DNA from: Spirochaetia bacterium
GTDB taxonomy: Bacteria; Spirochaetota; Spirochaetia; DSM-2461
DNA: 64,000 nt
Direction: 5' to 3'
NCBI GenBank assembly: GCA_963668315.1
Contig: OY764216.1
Coordinates: forward strand, 4,736,001 to 4,800,000
Position numbers and translations under genes: made by a program
Shown: one piece after another, positions 20,015-29,348 of the stretch
Layout of the letters: the number at the start of each line of letters is the position of its first letter
Numbering within the stretch: position 1 is the stretch's first letter
Notes under the pieces: model-generated
Database searches by the model: none
Seen by the model: the letters and a program-made list of their open reading frames with translations, nothing else
Told to the model about the DNA's origin: nothing

Positions 20015-22405
20015 TTAGCTATCGCTCTTTCCTTCATCCTCTTCCCCGTCCTTGTCCTTGGGCAGGGGCTTGGCATTACGGCACTTGGGGTAATTACTGC
20101 AAGAAAGGAACGGGCCGCGGCGGCTCATCTTCACCACCATCTCCCCGCCGCATTTATCACAGAGGATTCCCTCCACCTTCGGAAGTTCCACAACCTTGCC
20201 GTCCTTATCGAGGGGCAGAGTATTCTTACAGTCAGGATAGTTGGAACAGGCCAGAAAAGGGCCTCTTCTGCCCATTTTGACTTCCATGGGTTTCCCGCAT
20301 TTATCACAGGTTCTCTCAATCTTGGGAAGCTCTACGGGCTTTCCGTCCTTATCAAGAGAGAGTGTGGTTTTGCATTCCGGATAGGCGGAACAGGCAAGAA
20401 ACTCCTTTCCGTAACGGGATTTTTTCTTGACCATAGGTTTTCCGCAGGTCGGACAGTTAACCTCGGGCGTCTCTTCGCCGTCCTCACTGGTTTCCCCCTC
20501 GCCGGGAAGGGGCAGAAGTCCCTTGCAGTTGGGATAATCGGCACAACCCAGAAAAGCACCGTTCATGGAGTAACGCACCACGAGTTTACCGCCGCACTGG
20601 GGGCAAACCTCCTCGCCGGTCCACTCACGGTTTTTCAGAGCTTCCGCTTCTTCGGTAGCCTTTTCCACTGACTGGGCGAAGGGTTTGTAAAAATCATCGA
20701 TAAGCTGAACCCAGTCAACCTTGCCGCTCTCCACTTTATCCAGATCGTTTTCCATGGCGGCGGTGAACTTCAGGTCCATGATATTGGAGAAGTTGTTGAC
20801 GAGCATATCATTCACGGCCATTCCCAGCTCGGTAGCATGGAATGCCCTTTTCTCCAGCCGGACATACCCCCTCTCCCGGATCGTCTTGATAATGGGAGCA
20901 TAGGTGGAAGGACGGCCGATGCCCTCTTTTTCCAGGGCCCTGACCAGGGAGGCTTCGGAGTAGCGGGAAGGAGGCTTGGTGAAATGCTGAGCCGTTTCCA
21001 GCTCCTTCAGCTTCAGAGGATCTTCGTCCTTGAGGGCAGGCAGTTTCTGATCCTTGTTGTCCTTCTCCTCATCACCCTCTTTTTTGGGGGCTTCCGGGAT
21101 CAGTACGGTATAGCCGTCAAATACGGTCACACGGCCCTTGGCCTCGAAAATACCCTCGTCCGCCTTGATCCGTGCAGTCGTGGTAAGATAACGGGCGGGA
21201 TTCATCTGGGACGCGACAAAACGTCTCCAGATCAGCTCATACAACTTATACTGTTCGGCCGTGAGGTAGGGTTTGACCATCTCAGGCGTGTATTCAACAC
21301 TGGTGGGCCTGATGGCCTCATGGGCATCCTGTGCCCCTTCGCTCTTGCCGTAAGTGTTGGGACTTTCAGGCAGATACTCCTTGGCAAAATTTTTCCCGAT
21401 ATAATTCCTGACTTCCTCGATCGCTTCCGGAGCGATACGGGTGGAGTCGGTACGCATGTAGGTAATCAGACCGACATGATTCCCGTCCCCTAGCTCCATA
21501 CCTTCGTAGAGCTTCTGGGCGACACTCATGGTCCGGGACGTTCCGAAGCGAAGGCTCGTACTGGCCGCCTGCTGCAGGGTGGACGTGATAAACGGGGGAA
21601 GAAGCCGGGATTTGGCTTCTTTGCTCTTCACCGATTCGACGGAGTAGTCGGCCTTCTCAAGACGAGAGGCGATTTCACGGGCGCTCTCTTCGGTACTGGC
21701 GGAAGGGGTTCCCAGGGCGAATTTCTCGCCCTTCCACTCCACCAGCTGAGCCTCAAAGGCGTCCTTCTTCTTTCCTTCCAGATAAAGATGGGCGGCGATC
21801 CGCCAGAACTCTTCGGGAACAAAGGCGGCGATTTCCCTCTCCCTGTCCACAACGATACGAACCGCAACGGACTGTACACGGCCGGCGGAAAGATTCTTGG
21901 CTATTTTCTTCCAGAGAAAGGGAGAAAGAGAAAAACCCACAAGCCTGTCCAGGACACGGCGGCCCTGCTGGGCATTTACCAGATCCATATCGATATGACT
22001 CGGGTGGCTTACGGCATCAAGAACCGCCTTTTTAGTGATAGCCTGATAGGTGATCCTCTTGGCCTGCTCGTCACTGAGCTCCATCACTTCCTTTAAATGC
22101 CAGGCGATGGCTTCCCCTTCACGGTCGGGGTCGGGAGCCAGAAAGACTTCGCTCGCCGTACTGGCTGCCTTCTTAAGCTCGTTAACGGTCTTCTCCTTAC
22201 CCTTTATCACGATGTAATTGGGCTTGTAGCCGTTCTCTATATCGATACCGAAGGATTTCTTTCCCCATCCTTTCTGCAAATCTCTTATATGACCTACCGA
22301 AGCCTTGACTTCAAAGTCAGGACCGAGGATTTTTTTTATGGTTTTCGCCTTGGCGGGACTTTCCACGATGACGAGTTTTTTTCCCTTCGAAGCTGTTTCA
22401 GCCAT
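20015..22405 (-). CDS. topA: DNA topoisomerase I
   Basis: IVESPAKAKTI, DPDREGEAI, SAGRVQS, ITYMRTDS, GIGRPSTY; four C4 zinc ribbons; GGAGG SD before ATG 22405. Confidence 0.96.
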   Translation of the reverse strand: MAETASKGKKLVIVESPAKAKTIKKILGPDFEVKASVGHIRDLQKGWGKKSFGIDIENGYKPNYIVIKGKEKTVNELKKAASTASEVFLAPDPDREGEAIAWHLKEVMELSDEQAKRITYQAITKKAVLDAVSHPSHIDMDLVNAQQGRRVLDRLVGFSLSPFLWKKIAKNLSAGRVQSVAVRIVVDREREIAAFVPEEFWRIAAHLYLEGKKKDAFEAQLVEWKGEKFALGTPSASTEESAREIASRLEKADYSVESVKSKEAKSRLLPPFITSTLQQAASTSLRFGTSRTMSVAQKLYEGMELGDGNHVGLITYMRTDSTRIAPEAIEEVRNYIGKNFAKEYLPESPNTYGKSEGAQDAHEAIRPTSVEYTPEMVKPYLTAEQYKLYELIWRRFVASQMNPARYLTTTARIKADEGIFEAKGRVTVFDGYTVLIPEAPKKEGDEEKDNKDQKLPALKDEDPLKLKELETAQHFTKPPSRYSEASLVRALEKEGIGRPSTYAPIIKTIRERGYVRLEKRAFHATELGMAVNDMLVNNFSNIMDLKFTAAMENDLDKVESGKVDWVQLIDDFYKPFAQSVEKATEEAEALKNREWTGEEVCPQCGGKLVVRYSMNGAFLGCADYPNCKGLLPLPGEGETSEDGEETPEVNCPTCGKPMVKKKSRYGKEFLACSAYPECKTTLSLDKDGKPVELPKIERTCDKCGKPMEVKMGRRGPFLACSNYPDCKNTLPLDKDGKVVELPKVEGILCDKCGGEMVVKMSRRGPFLSCSNYPKCRNAKPLPKDKDGEEDEGKSDS

Positions 22406-22574
22406 GAAGCCTCCCTGAATACAACGGGCAAAAACACCCGGATTTAACAATTATTAATGGCTGTGGAAAGAGATGTCAAGCGTTTTCGCTGTTTTTTTAC
22501 GGTAATTCCCCATAATTTCCGAAGGTTGATCAGTCTCCTTTTGCCTTTTATTGGAGTTATGATATAATGAATCC

Positions 22575-24392
22575 ATGGGTGATTTCTGGAAAAATCTGAA
22601 CAAGCTGTTTCCTCCTTCTCCGGAGGAAAAGGATCTGTCGCTCCATCTTTTTCAGGAGTACAGCCGCAAGGGGTATTTGTGCCGGCTCAATAGGGAATTA
22701 CTGGAATTGTCCCTTCCGGTGATCGCCGATTTTTTCCACCGGAGCACATCCCTCCACGGAGATGCCTCTCCTGTAAGCCGGAGGAGAGATTCCCGCTGGA
22801 TGTGCGAAAGCGATTACTGTTTTTTCAACATCCGCGCCGCCGGACAAAACCGGAGACCGGGAAATTTCGTTAAAGCTTCCATGCTGCTCACAGGGCTCAG
22901 GTCAGATGCGGTTCATCTGGCACCCCTGACGCGGCAGGCGGGAGAGAACGTGAATGCCCTCCTGAGCCATTCCCATATCAACCCCGATCTTCTCTGTCCC
23001 GAACTGGGAGAGAAGTTCACCGCAGAAGAGCAATTGACTGGATTCGTCGAGGCGGCTCACTCCCTGGGCGTTAAAGTCGGCTTTGATCTCCCTCTCACCC
23101 TCTCCTGGGACGGAGAAGTTCTTTACCATAAGCCCGAAATGTTCCGCTGGATAAAACTGGAGACCCAGCACCGCTACAGCCGTGAGGGAGGACGGCCTTT
23201 TTCCGAAGAGATATCCCGGGATGTACAGAAGGAGTATGCCGCGCGGATCAGAGAAATCGTGGATAAGAATCTGGCCCGCGGCATACCCTACGATCATATG
23301 GGCCCCCTGATTCGGGAAGAGGGTTTCTTTCCCGTTCCCGTAAATTCACAGCGGGGCAAAGGCATTCCCTATTTCATAACCTATGACGAGGAGGAGAGAA
23401 GGCCCCAGTTTTTTCAGTCTTCCCAGAAGTCGGAAATGACCACTTTCCAGTTCACCTACCCCTCCGACAAAGGGCAGGAAGAATTGCCCGATACGGGTGA
23501 CTACTACTCCCGTATTTTTCCCCTCTGGCAGAAAAAATTCCATATAGATTTTCTTTATGTCGATTCCCTGGGCGCCGTCTGGGAGGAATCGGAACTTCCC
23601 AAGGAGACCCCCACCCCCGGCCAGATAAGCCGTCAGATAGGAAAGGGCCGGGAAACGAAGCGATACGCCGGAGCCATGACCACCGGTCGTCCCGTGAGAG
23701 TGGACAATTATATCCAGTCCGGATTCAACCTGATCATAGACCGCTCCGGCGTTAGCCGTCAGGACAGGGAGTACATGGAGAAACAGCGGGAGTTTTACCG
23801 CATCCTTAAAGAGGCCAACGGCACGAAGAGTCAGCATTTTTCCATCGTATACCACCTGGGATACAGGGAAAGGGGCAGTATGTCCTCCCTCCAGCGGGTC
23901 AGGCGCAACCATTTCCTCTCCCGCTTCCTGGGCTGCGGCGGCGGCAGGAGGAGTAAATACGAATCGATGGGGTTGAATGACGGCTCATCGGGACTGACCG
24001 CGTCCTTAAGGGAAAAGAAAAATCTTGAATGGAGCGAAGACAGGGAATCCCTGGAGTTTTATCACAACCTTGAGGATATCTACGATAGGCTCAAACCTGT
24101 CCTGGAGAAGGGTGAGATAGTCTACTCCCACCTGGACGACAGGGTCTTCTGGTGGATTATCCGAAAAGGACGGGAACTGCTGGTGCCCATCATATCCGTG
24201 GAGAACGAAGATATGCTTCCCCCGGGAGAGAGGGAAATTGACTTCTCCCCCTACCTTACGTCCCGGAAAGCCCCGTCTATCCTGGAATATGATTTTAACT
24301 CATCCACGGGAAATCTGGTGTTGTTCATGGGCGGACGCCTTTCCATAGACAGAATTCCCTACAGGAGTTTCCGCCTTTATTCGATAAACTGA
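22575..24392 (+). CDS. Divergent GH13 (alpha-amylase family)-like protein
   Basis: TAEEQL.GFVEAAH.LGVKVGFD and HIDFLYVD resemble GH13 regions I and II; other catalytic motifs are unclear. Confidence 0.55.
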   Translation: MGDFWKNLNKLFPPSPEEKDLSLHLFQEYSRKGYLCRLNRELLELSLPVIADFFHRSTSLHGDASPVSRRRDSRWMCESDYCFFNIRAAGQNRRPGNFVKASMLLTGLRSDAVHLAPLTRQAGENVNALLSHSHINPDLLCPELGEKFTAEEQLTGFVEAAHSLGVKVGFDLPLTLSWDGEVLYHKPEMFRWIKLETQHRYSREGGRPFSEEISRDVQKEYAARIREIVDKNLARGIPYDHMGPLIREEGFFPVPVNSQRGKGIPYFITYDEEERRPQFFQSSQKSEMTTFQFTYPSDKGQEELPDTGDYYSRIFPLWQKKFHIDFLYVDSLGAVWEESELPKETPTPGQISRQIGKGRETKRYAGAMTTGRPVRVDNYIQSGFNLIIDRSGVSRQDREYMEKQREFYRILKEANGTKSQHFSIVYHLGYRERGSMSSLQRVRRNHFLSRFLGCGGGRRSKYESMGLNDGSSGLTASLREKKNLEWSEDRESLEFYHNLEDIYDRLKPVLEKGEIVYSHLDDRVFWWIIRKGRELLVPIISVENEDMLPPGEREIDFSPYLTSRKAPSILEYDFNSSTGNLVLFMGGRLSIDRIPYRSFRLYSIN

Positions 24393-24394
24393 TT

Positions 24395-25078
24395 ATGGGC
24401 CGTTTTTCCTTCCTCTTCCTGATGTTAATCCTCACCTTCCGGCTTGAAGCCCTTACCTGGCTGGAGGGGGATTTCTCCATTAATAAGGATTATGCCTTTT
24501 TTATAAAGGAAGGAGAGGATTTTCCCCTGCCCCCCCCACCCGAATGGTACCTGACGACAAGCCAGAGAAACCTGTACCGTACGCTAATGGAAGATGTCCG
24601 TTTTCTCTACTCTCTCATGCTCTACGGGGCACGGTTCACCTATGTGCCCGGAGACAGCAGGGACGGTGTGGAGGACCGGTTTGAATGGGAGCTGATGGGA
24701 GAGGTAGCCTGGGGAGATCCGGCTCTTTCCATCACGGACCTCTGGTTTGAAGGAAACGAACTCTATGTCCATATCCGCTACCGCCTCTCACCCACCCAGG
24801 CGGCCCGAATCGAAGCCTGGGAGAGTCCCGCCTTTCCTGTTTCCGGCGGCAGGGGGGAATACTCCATGCTCGAAGAGAACAGCCGTAAGGAAGCGGTCAG
24901 AATGGCCGTAAGGCAGAGTGTGAGAAATTACTGGCAGCCCCGGGAGTATAACCGTCCCCGGGAGCTATCGGGCCAGGTGTTCCTGAGAGAGTTTCCCCGT
25001 TTCGGTCTGGGACAGGGCATGGAAAAAGCATCAGTAATGACCCGATTCCGCTTTGATCCCGTGATTTCCTACCCTTAA
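24395..25078 (+). CDS. Hypothetical exported protein
   Basis: Signal-peptide-like N-terminus; tightly coupled to the upstream gene. Confidence 0.65.
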   Translation: MGRFSFLFLMLILTFRLEALTWLEGDFSINKDYAFFIKEGEDFPLPPPPEWYLTTSQRNLYRTLMEDVRFLYSLMLYGARFTYVPGDSRDGVEDRFEWELMGEVAWGDPALSITDLWFEGNELYVHIRYRLSPTQAARIEAWESPAFPVSGGRGEYSMLEENSRKEAVRMAVRQSVRNYWQPREYNRPRELSGQVFLREFPRFGLGQGMEKASVMTRFRFDPVISYP

Positions 25079-25154
25079 ATGTACATAATGTACGAACGTA
25101 CTGTTCAAAAACTTTCATATTTCCTATAATATGGATAGAGATAAGGAGTTCCCC

Positions 25155-25628
25155 TTGAAAAGAGAAATGAAACGCGTGGACAGACAGGTGACAGACCGAA
25201 ATGAAATAGACGATATCATTCAGAGATGCCAGGTCTGCCGGGTGGGAATGATTGACGGCGACGAACCCTATGTGGTTCCCATGAACTTCGGGTATAAGGA
25301 AAATTGCCTCTACTTTCACGGAGCCCTGACGGGAAGAAAGATTTCCCTTCTGGAAGGAAGTCCGCGCGTCTGTCTCGAATTCGATCTGGCCCATGAAGTG
25401 GTGACCAATGACGAGACGGCCTGTAAATGGTCCCAGAAATACGAAAGCGTCATTGCCTGGGGAAAGGCGGTAATCATGACATCCCCCGATGAAAAGAGAG
25501 ATGCCTTCAACACTATCATGGGCCACTACTCGGAAAGAAAAGAGTGGGACTATCCGGATATTATCATAGAAAGAACTCATCTCATCAAAATTCTCATTGA
25601 TAAAATCACGGCTAAACGATTTCTATAA
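25155..25628 (+). CDS. Pyridoxamine 5'-phosphate oxidase-like / NimA-family flavin-binding protein
   Basis: MKRVDR, PYVVPMNFGY..LYFHGA..GRK, YESVIAWG, ITAK; AAGGAG SD before TTG 25155. Confidence 0.85.
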   Translation: MKREMKRVDRQVTDRNEIDDIIQRCQVCRVGMIDGDEPYVVPMNFGYKENCLYFHGALTGRKISLLEGSPRVCLEFDLAHEVVTNDETACKWSQKYESVIAWGKAVIMTSPDEKRDAFNTIMGHYSERKEWDYPDIIIERTHLIKILIDKITAKRFL

Positions 25629-25683
25629 TTTTTCCGGATAAACTGGAATTCACCCTGCTCTTTTTGTATTTTAGGAAGAAATA

Positions 25684-26322
25684 ATGAAAAAGAAAAAAAT
25701 TATTACCGATTACTATGACAAAGAGCTTCTTCAGGATCCCGAAAGGAGGGAGCATCTGGGATGGGAGAGCAGGGAATCCCAATTCAGACGCTTCAAGATT
25801 CTGACCGATTATGTCGATCTGAAGGGAAAAAGAATTCTTGATGTGGGCTGCGGGATGGGACATCTGATAGATCATCTGAATGAAGAGGGGATTAATGCCG
25901 ATTATACCGGCCTGGACCTTCTTCCCTCCATGATAGATGAAGCATCTGCAAGACATGGAGAACATCACTTTATTCAAGGGGATCTCTTTCAGGAGAAAAT
26001 GTTCGATAAGGATAGTTTTCATGTCCTCTACTGTTCGGGACTTTTCAACCTCAATACGGGTAATAATTTCGATTTCCTCCTGGAAGCGGTGGAGAAGTTC
26101 ATACACCTGACCTCGGAGACCGTCGTATTCAATCTCCTCCACAGGGATTCTCCCGGACGGGAGGAGAAATATTACTATTTCTATCCGGACCAGGTCATCA
26201 GAGAAGTGGAAAAGCTCTCCGATAATATTCATTCCATTCAGCTTGTGGAACACTATCTGAATAACGATTTCACCCTATTCCTAGGATTACAGGACGGCCC
26301 CCTATGCAAAAAAGAGAACTAA
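25684..26322 (+). CDS. Class I SAM-dependent methyltransferase
   Basis: LGW.S..SQ.RRF, ILDVGCGMG, YTGLDL, CSGLFN. Confidence 0.85.
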   Translation: MKKKKIITDYYDKELLQDPERREHLGWESRESQFRRFKILTDYVDLKGKRILDVGCGMGHLIDHLNEEGINADYTGLDLLPSMIDEASARHGEHHFIQGDLFQEKMFDKDSFHVLYCSGLFNLNTGNNFDFLLEAVEKFIHLTSETVVFNLLHRDSPGREEKYYYFYPDQVIREVEKLSDNIHSIQLVEHYLNNDFTLFLGLQDGPLCKKEN

Positions 26323-27176
26323 CCCTTAAAGACAGAGAACTGATTTCGGAAAAACTGAATGCCCTCGATATTCATCTGGCTGAATTCTGTTTCCCCAATC
26401 TCTACTTTTTTAGAAATGTACATGAATATGAAGTACTGGAAATGGAAAACATAACCCTTATCGGGGGAGTCAGCTACGACAAAAAACATTACCTCATGCC
26501 TCTTCACGCCCCGTCTGAAGATCCGGAGCCCTGCCTCAACAGGGTGAAAAAACTTCTGACAGAGACGGAATACGACTGCATTTTTCCGATTCCCGAAGAG
26601 TGGCTCTGCTGTTTTCCCGAAGAAGATTTCCACCGTTCCTACCACGACAGCGATACGGATTACCTCTTTCTTACGGAAAAAATGGCCGCCTACCCGGGAA
26701 AGAAGATGCATAAGAAGAAAAACCTGAAGAATCAGTTTCTCAAGTCCTATGAATCTCTGTCCCGGGAACTGACCGATGAAAACCGGGCGGATGCTCTTTA
26801 TCTTCTGGACCTATGGCAGAACGCCTCCATACACGAGCTGGAAGTAAATGACTACGGCCCCTGCAAGGAAGCCCTGGAAGATATGGAAGGTTTCGGACTA
26901 TCCGGCTATGTGTTCTACGCCGACGGGAAACCGGCCGGATTCGTTCTTGGAGAACCGCTGAATCCTTCCACCTTCACCATTCATTTTGCCAAGGCCGATA
27001 TTGAGTTCAAGGGGATTTATGCCTATATGTTCAGTGAATTCTGCGAGCTGATCAAGGATAAATACGAATACATTAACATGGAACAGGATCTGGGAAAACC
27101 AGGACTCCGGCAGACGAAAAAATCCTACAGGCCGGATCTCATGGCCCATAAATATAGAATTGAATTGCGTCAGTAG
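26304..27176 (+). CDS. DUF2156 / phosphatidylglycerol lysyltransferase C-terminal-like (GNAT) protein
   Basis: DYLF...M..YPGKKMHKKKN, IHFAKAD..FKGIY, YINMEQDLG.PGLRQTKKSYRP. Confidence 0.85.
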   Translation: MQKRELTLKDRELISEKLNALDIHLAEFCFPNLYFFRNVHEYEVLEMENITLIGGVSYDKKHYLMPLHAPSEDPEPCLNRVKKLLTETEYDCIFPIPEEWLCCFPEEDFHRSYHDSDTDYLFLTEKMAAYPGKKMHKKKNLKNQFLKSYESLSRELTDENRADALYLLDLWQNASIHELEVNDYGPCKEALEDMEGFGLSGYVFYADGKPAGFVLGEPLNPSTFTIHFAKADIEFKGIYAYMFSEFCELIKDKYEYINMEQDLGKPGLRQTKKSYRPDLMAHKYRIELRQ

Positions 27177-27298
27177 ATATTTTAATATCAGCCTCGAACC
27201 GCGGAATGATAATTTTCGGGAACGACTTACGCTTCAGAGAATGGAGTAAGTCTGCAATAGCAGGAAAATGGATGGTGTTATACCGTTTTCAATATACC

Positions 27299-27354
27299 CC
27301 CCTTTCCCCTTTCCCCTTTCCCCTTTCCCCTTTCCCCTTTCCCCTTTCCCCTTT
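27299..27354. repeat. Perfect heptamer tandem repeat (CCCCTTT)x8
   Basis: Eight consecutive copies counted directly. Confidence 0.97.
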
Positions 27355-27397
27355 CGGGCAATTGAACAAAATATAAAACCCGTGGTACATTGTGCGA

Positions 27398-29182
27398 ATG
27401 GAAAAAATGAAGCGAACCGCCACATGCGGTGAATTAAGTGCCCGGGATGAAGGCCGGGATGTCATTCTCAACGGCTGGGTACACCGGAACCGTGATCACG
27501 GGGGTGTACACTTTATTAATCTGAGAGACCGCTACGGTATTACTCAGGTAGTTTTTGACGACACCTGTGACCCGGATCTGAAAGAGCGTGCCGCCTCATT
27601 AAAAATGGAATACTGCGTTGCGGTCAGGGGTACGGTCAGCAAGAGACCGGATTCCATGATCAATAAAGATATGGCGACCGGCGAGATAGAAATAGCCGCC
27701 AAAGAACTGGTGATTCTCACCACATGCGAAACCCTCCCCTTCATGATCGACGGCGATTCCGAGGCGAATGAAACTCTCCGTCTCAAATACCGCTACCTGG
27801 ACCTGCGCCGGGAAAAAATGCAGAAGCACATCGCCCTGCGCCATAAGGTGTCCTTCGCCGTAAGAGAGCACTTTGAAGGCCTGGGATTCTACGATATAGA
27901 AACACCCACTCTTATTAAATCCACTCCGGAAGGAGCCCGGGACTTTCTGGTTCCAGCCCGTATGCAGCCGGGAAAATTCTTTGCCCTGCCCCAGTCTCCC
28001 CAGCTTTACAAGCAGATACTGATGGTATCCGGATTCGACAAGTATTTCCAGATTGCCCACTGCTACCGGGATGAAGACCTGAGAGGGGACAGACAGTTCG
28101 AGTTTACCCAGGTGGACTTTGAGATGAGTTTCGTCTCCAAAGAGGATATCTTCAAAGTCGTGGAAGATCAGATGGTCCATGTCTTCAAGAAAACCCTGAA
28201 TAAGGACATCGTCCCCACCTTTCCCCGCATTACCTACCACGATGCCATGAACACCTACGGAAGCGACAAGCCGGACCTGCGCATCGGGATGGAATTTATC
28301 GATTTTGCTCCCCTTGTACCCAAGGCGGATTTCGGTGTTTTCAAGGCGGCCCTTGAATCGGGCGGAACGGTAAAAGCCATGGTCGTTCCCGGAGCAGCGC
28401 CGGAATACTCCCGGAAAAAGATTTCCGAGCTGGAAGAAACGGCCAAAACCTACGGAGCCAAGGGCCTCGCCTGGATGAAAGTGACCGCCGACGGTCTGGA
28501 CGGTGGAATTGCCAAGTTTTTCGCTCCCCTGACGGAAGAAGTGAAATCCCTCACGGGCGCCAAAGAGAACGACCTGATACTCTTCATGGCATCGGACTGG
28601 AAAACAGCCTGTACTTCCCTCGGCGCCGTCAGAAGCCGTCTGGGCAAAGATCTTAAACTGGCTGATCCGGAGGATTACCGTTTTGCCTGGGTCTACGATT
28701 TCCCCCTCTTTGAGTGGAATGAAGACGAGGAAAAATGGGATCCGGCCCACCATATGTTCTCCATGCCCCAGTACGAATACCTGGACTCCATGGAAGAGAA
28801 CCCCGGCGAAGTCAAGGGTGACCTGTACGACCTGGTCATCAACGGCTACGAACTGGCTTCCGGCTCCATAAGAATCCATGATCCGGAGATCCAGAAGAGA
28901 ATATTCTCCATCGTGGGTTTCCCCGAGGAAGAAGCGGAAGAGCGCTTCGGCTTCCTTCTGGAAGCATTCCGTTACGGCGCTCCCCCCCATGGCGGACTGG
29001 CCTACGGATTGGACAGGCTGGTCATGCTCATGTGCGGGGAAGACTCCCTCAAGGAAGTCATCGCTTTTCCCCGGAACAATACGGGAAGCAACCCCATGGA
29101 CGACTCCCCCGCTCCGGTGGATAAAATCCAGCTTGATGAACTGGGGATACAATTCATTCCCCGGGAAACCGAGGAAAAGTAA
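27398..29182 (+). CDS. aspS: Aspartate--tRNA ligase
   Basis: GWVHRNRDHGG..LRD, RLKYRYLDLR, STPEGARDF, LPQSPQLYKQ, YRDEDLRGDRQ, GAPPHGG..GLDRL. Confidence 0.97.
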   Translation: MEKMKRTATCGELSARDEGRDVILNGWVHRNRDHGGVHFINLRDRYGITQVVFDDTCDPDLKERAASLKMEYCVAVRGTVSKRPDSMINKDMATGEIEIAAKELVILTTCETLPFMIDGDSEANETLRLKYRYLDLRREKMQKHIALRHKVSFAVREHFEGLGFYDIETPTLIKSTPEGARDFLVPARMQPGKFFALPQSPQLYKQILMVSGFDKYFQIAHCYRDEDLRGDRQFEFTQVDFEMSFVSKEDIFKVVEDQMVHVFKKTLNKDIVPTFPRITYHDAMNTYGSDKPDLRIGMEFIDFAPLVPKADFGVFKAALESGGTVKAMVVPGAAPEYSRKKISELEETAKTYGAKGLAWMKVTADGLDGGIAKFFAPLTEEVKSLTGAKENDLILFMASDWKTACTSLGAVRSRLGKDLKLADPEDYRFAWVYDFPLFEWNEDEEKWDPAHHMFSMPQYEYLDSMEENPGEVKGDLYDLVINGYELASGSIRIHDPEIQKRIFSIVGFPEEEAEERFGFLLEAFRYGAPPHGGLAYGLDRLVMLMCGEDSLKEVIAFPRNNTGSNPMDDSPAPVDKIQLDELGIQFIPRETEEK

Positions 29183-29194
29183 TTTTGCAGGAAT

Positions 29195-29235
29195 AAGGAT
29201 TCTTTCCGCTTTGAGCGGGAAGAGTCCTTTTTTTT
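29195..29235 (+). terminator. Intrinsic terminator of aspS
   Basis: AAGGATTCTTTCCGCT-TTG-AGCGGGAAGAGTCCTT stem followed by a T-run. Confidence 0.85.
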
Positions 29236-29348
29236 CCCGTTTTTTTATCTCTGCTGAACCAGAAAAATCCTGTATCTTTTCTCTCTTGCCGGCAGGTCCA
29301 TTATTATGAAAATCAACAAGGAGTAGATTTTTCTATCATTTACGCCAT

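Noticed and set aside
20050..20600. Internal repeats at the 3' end of topA
   Set aside because: Ordinary zinc-ribbon repeats of topoisomerase I
27299..27354. CRISPR array
   Set aside because: Contiguous 7-bp units with no spacers, and no cas genes in the window
27180..27397. T-box or fluoride riboswitch upstream of aspS
   Set aside because: No T-box antiterminator or fluoride pseudoknot partner; the promoter position implies a leaderless aspS mRNA
27234..27471. ORFs encoding KGKGERG repeats
   Set aside because: Translation artefacts of the heptamer array
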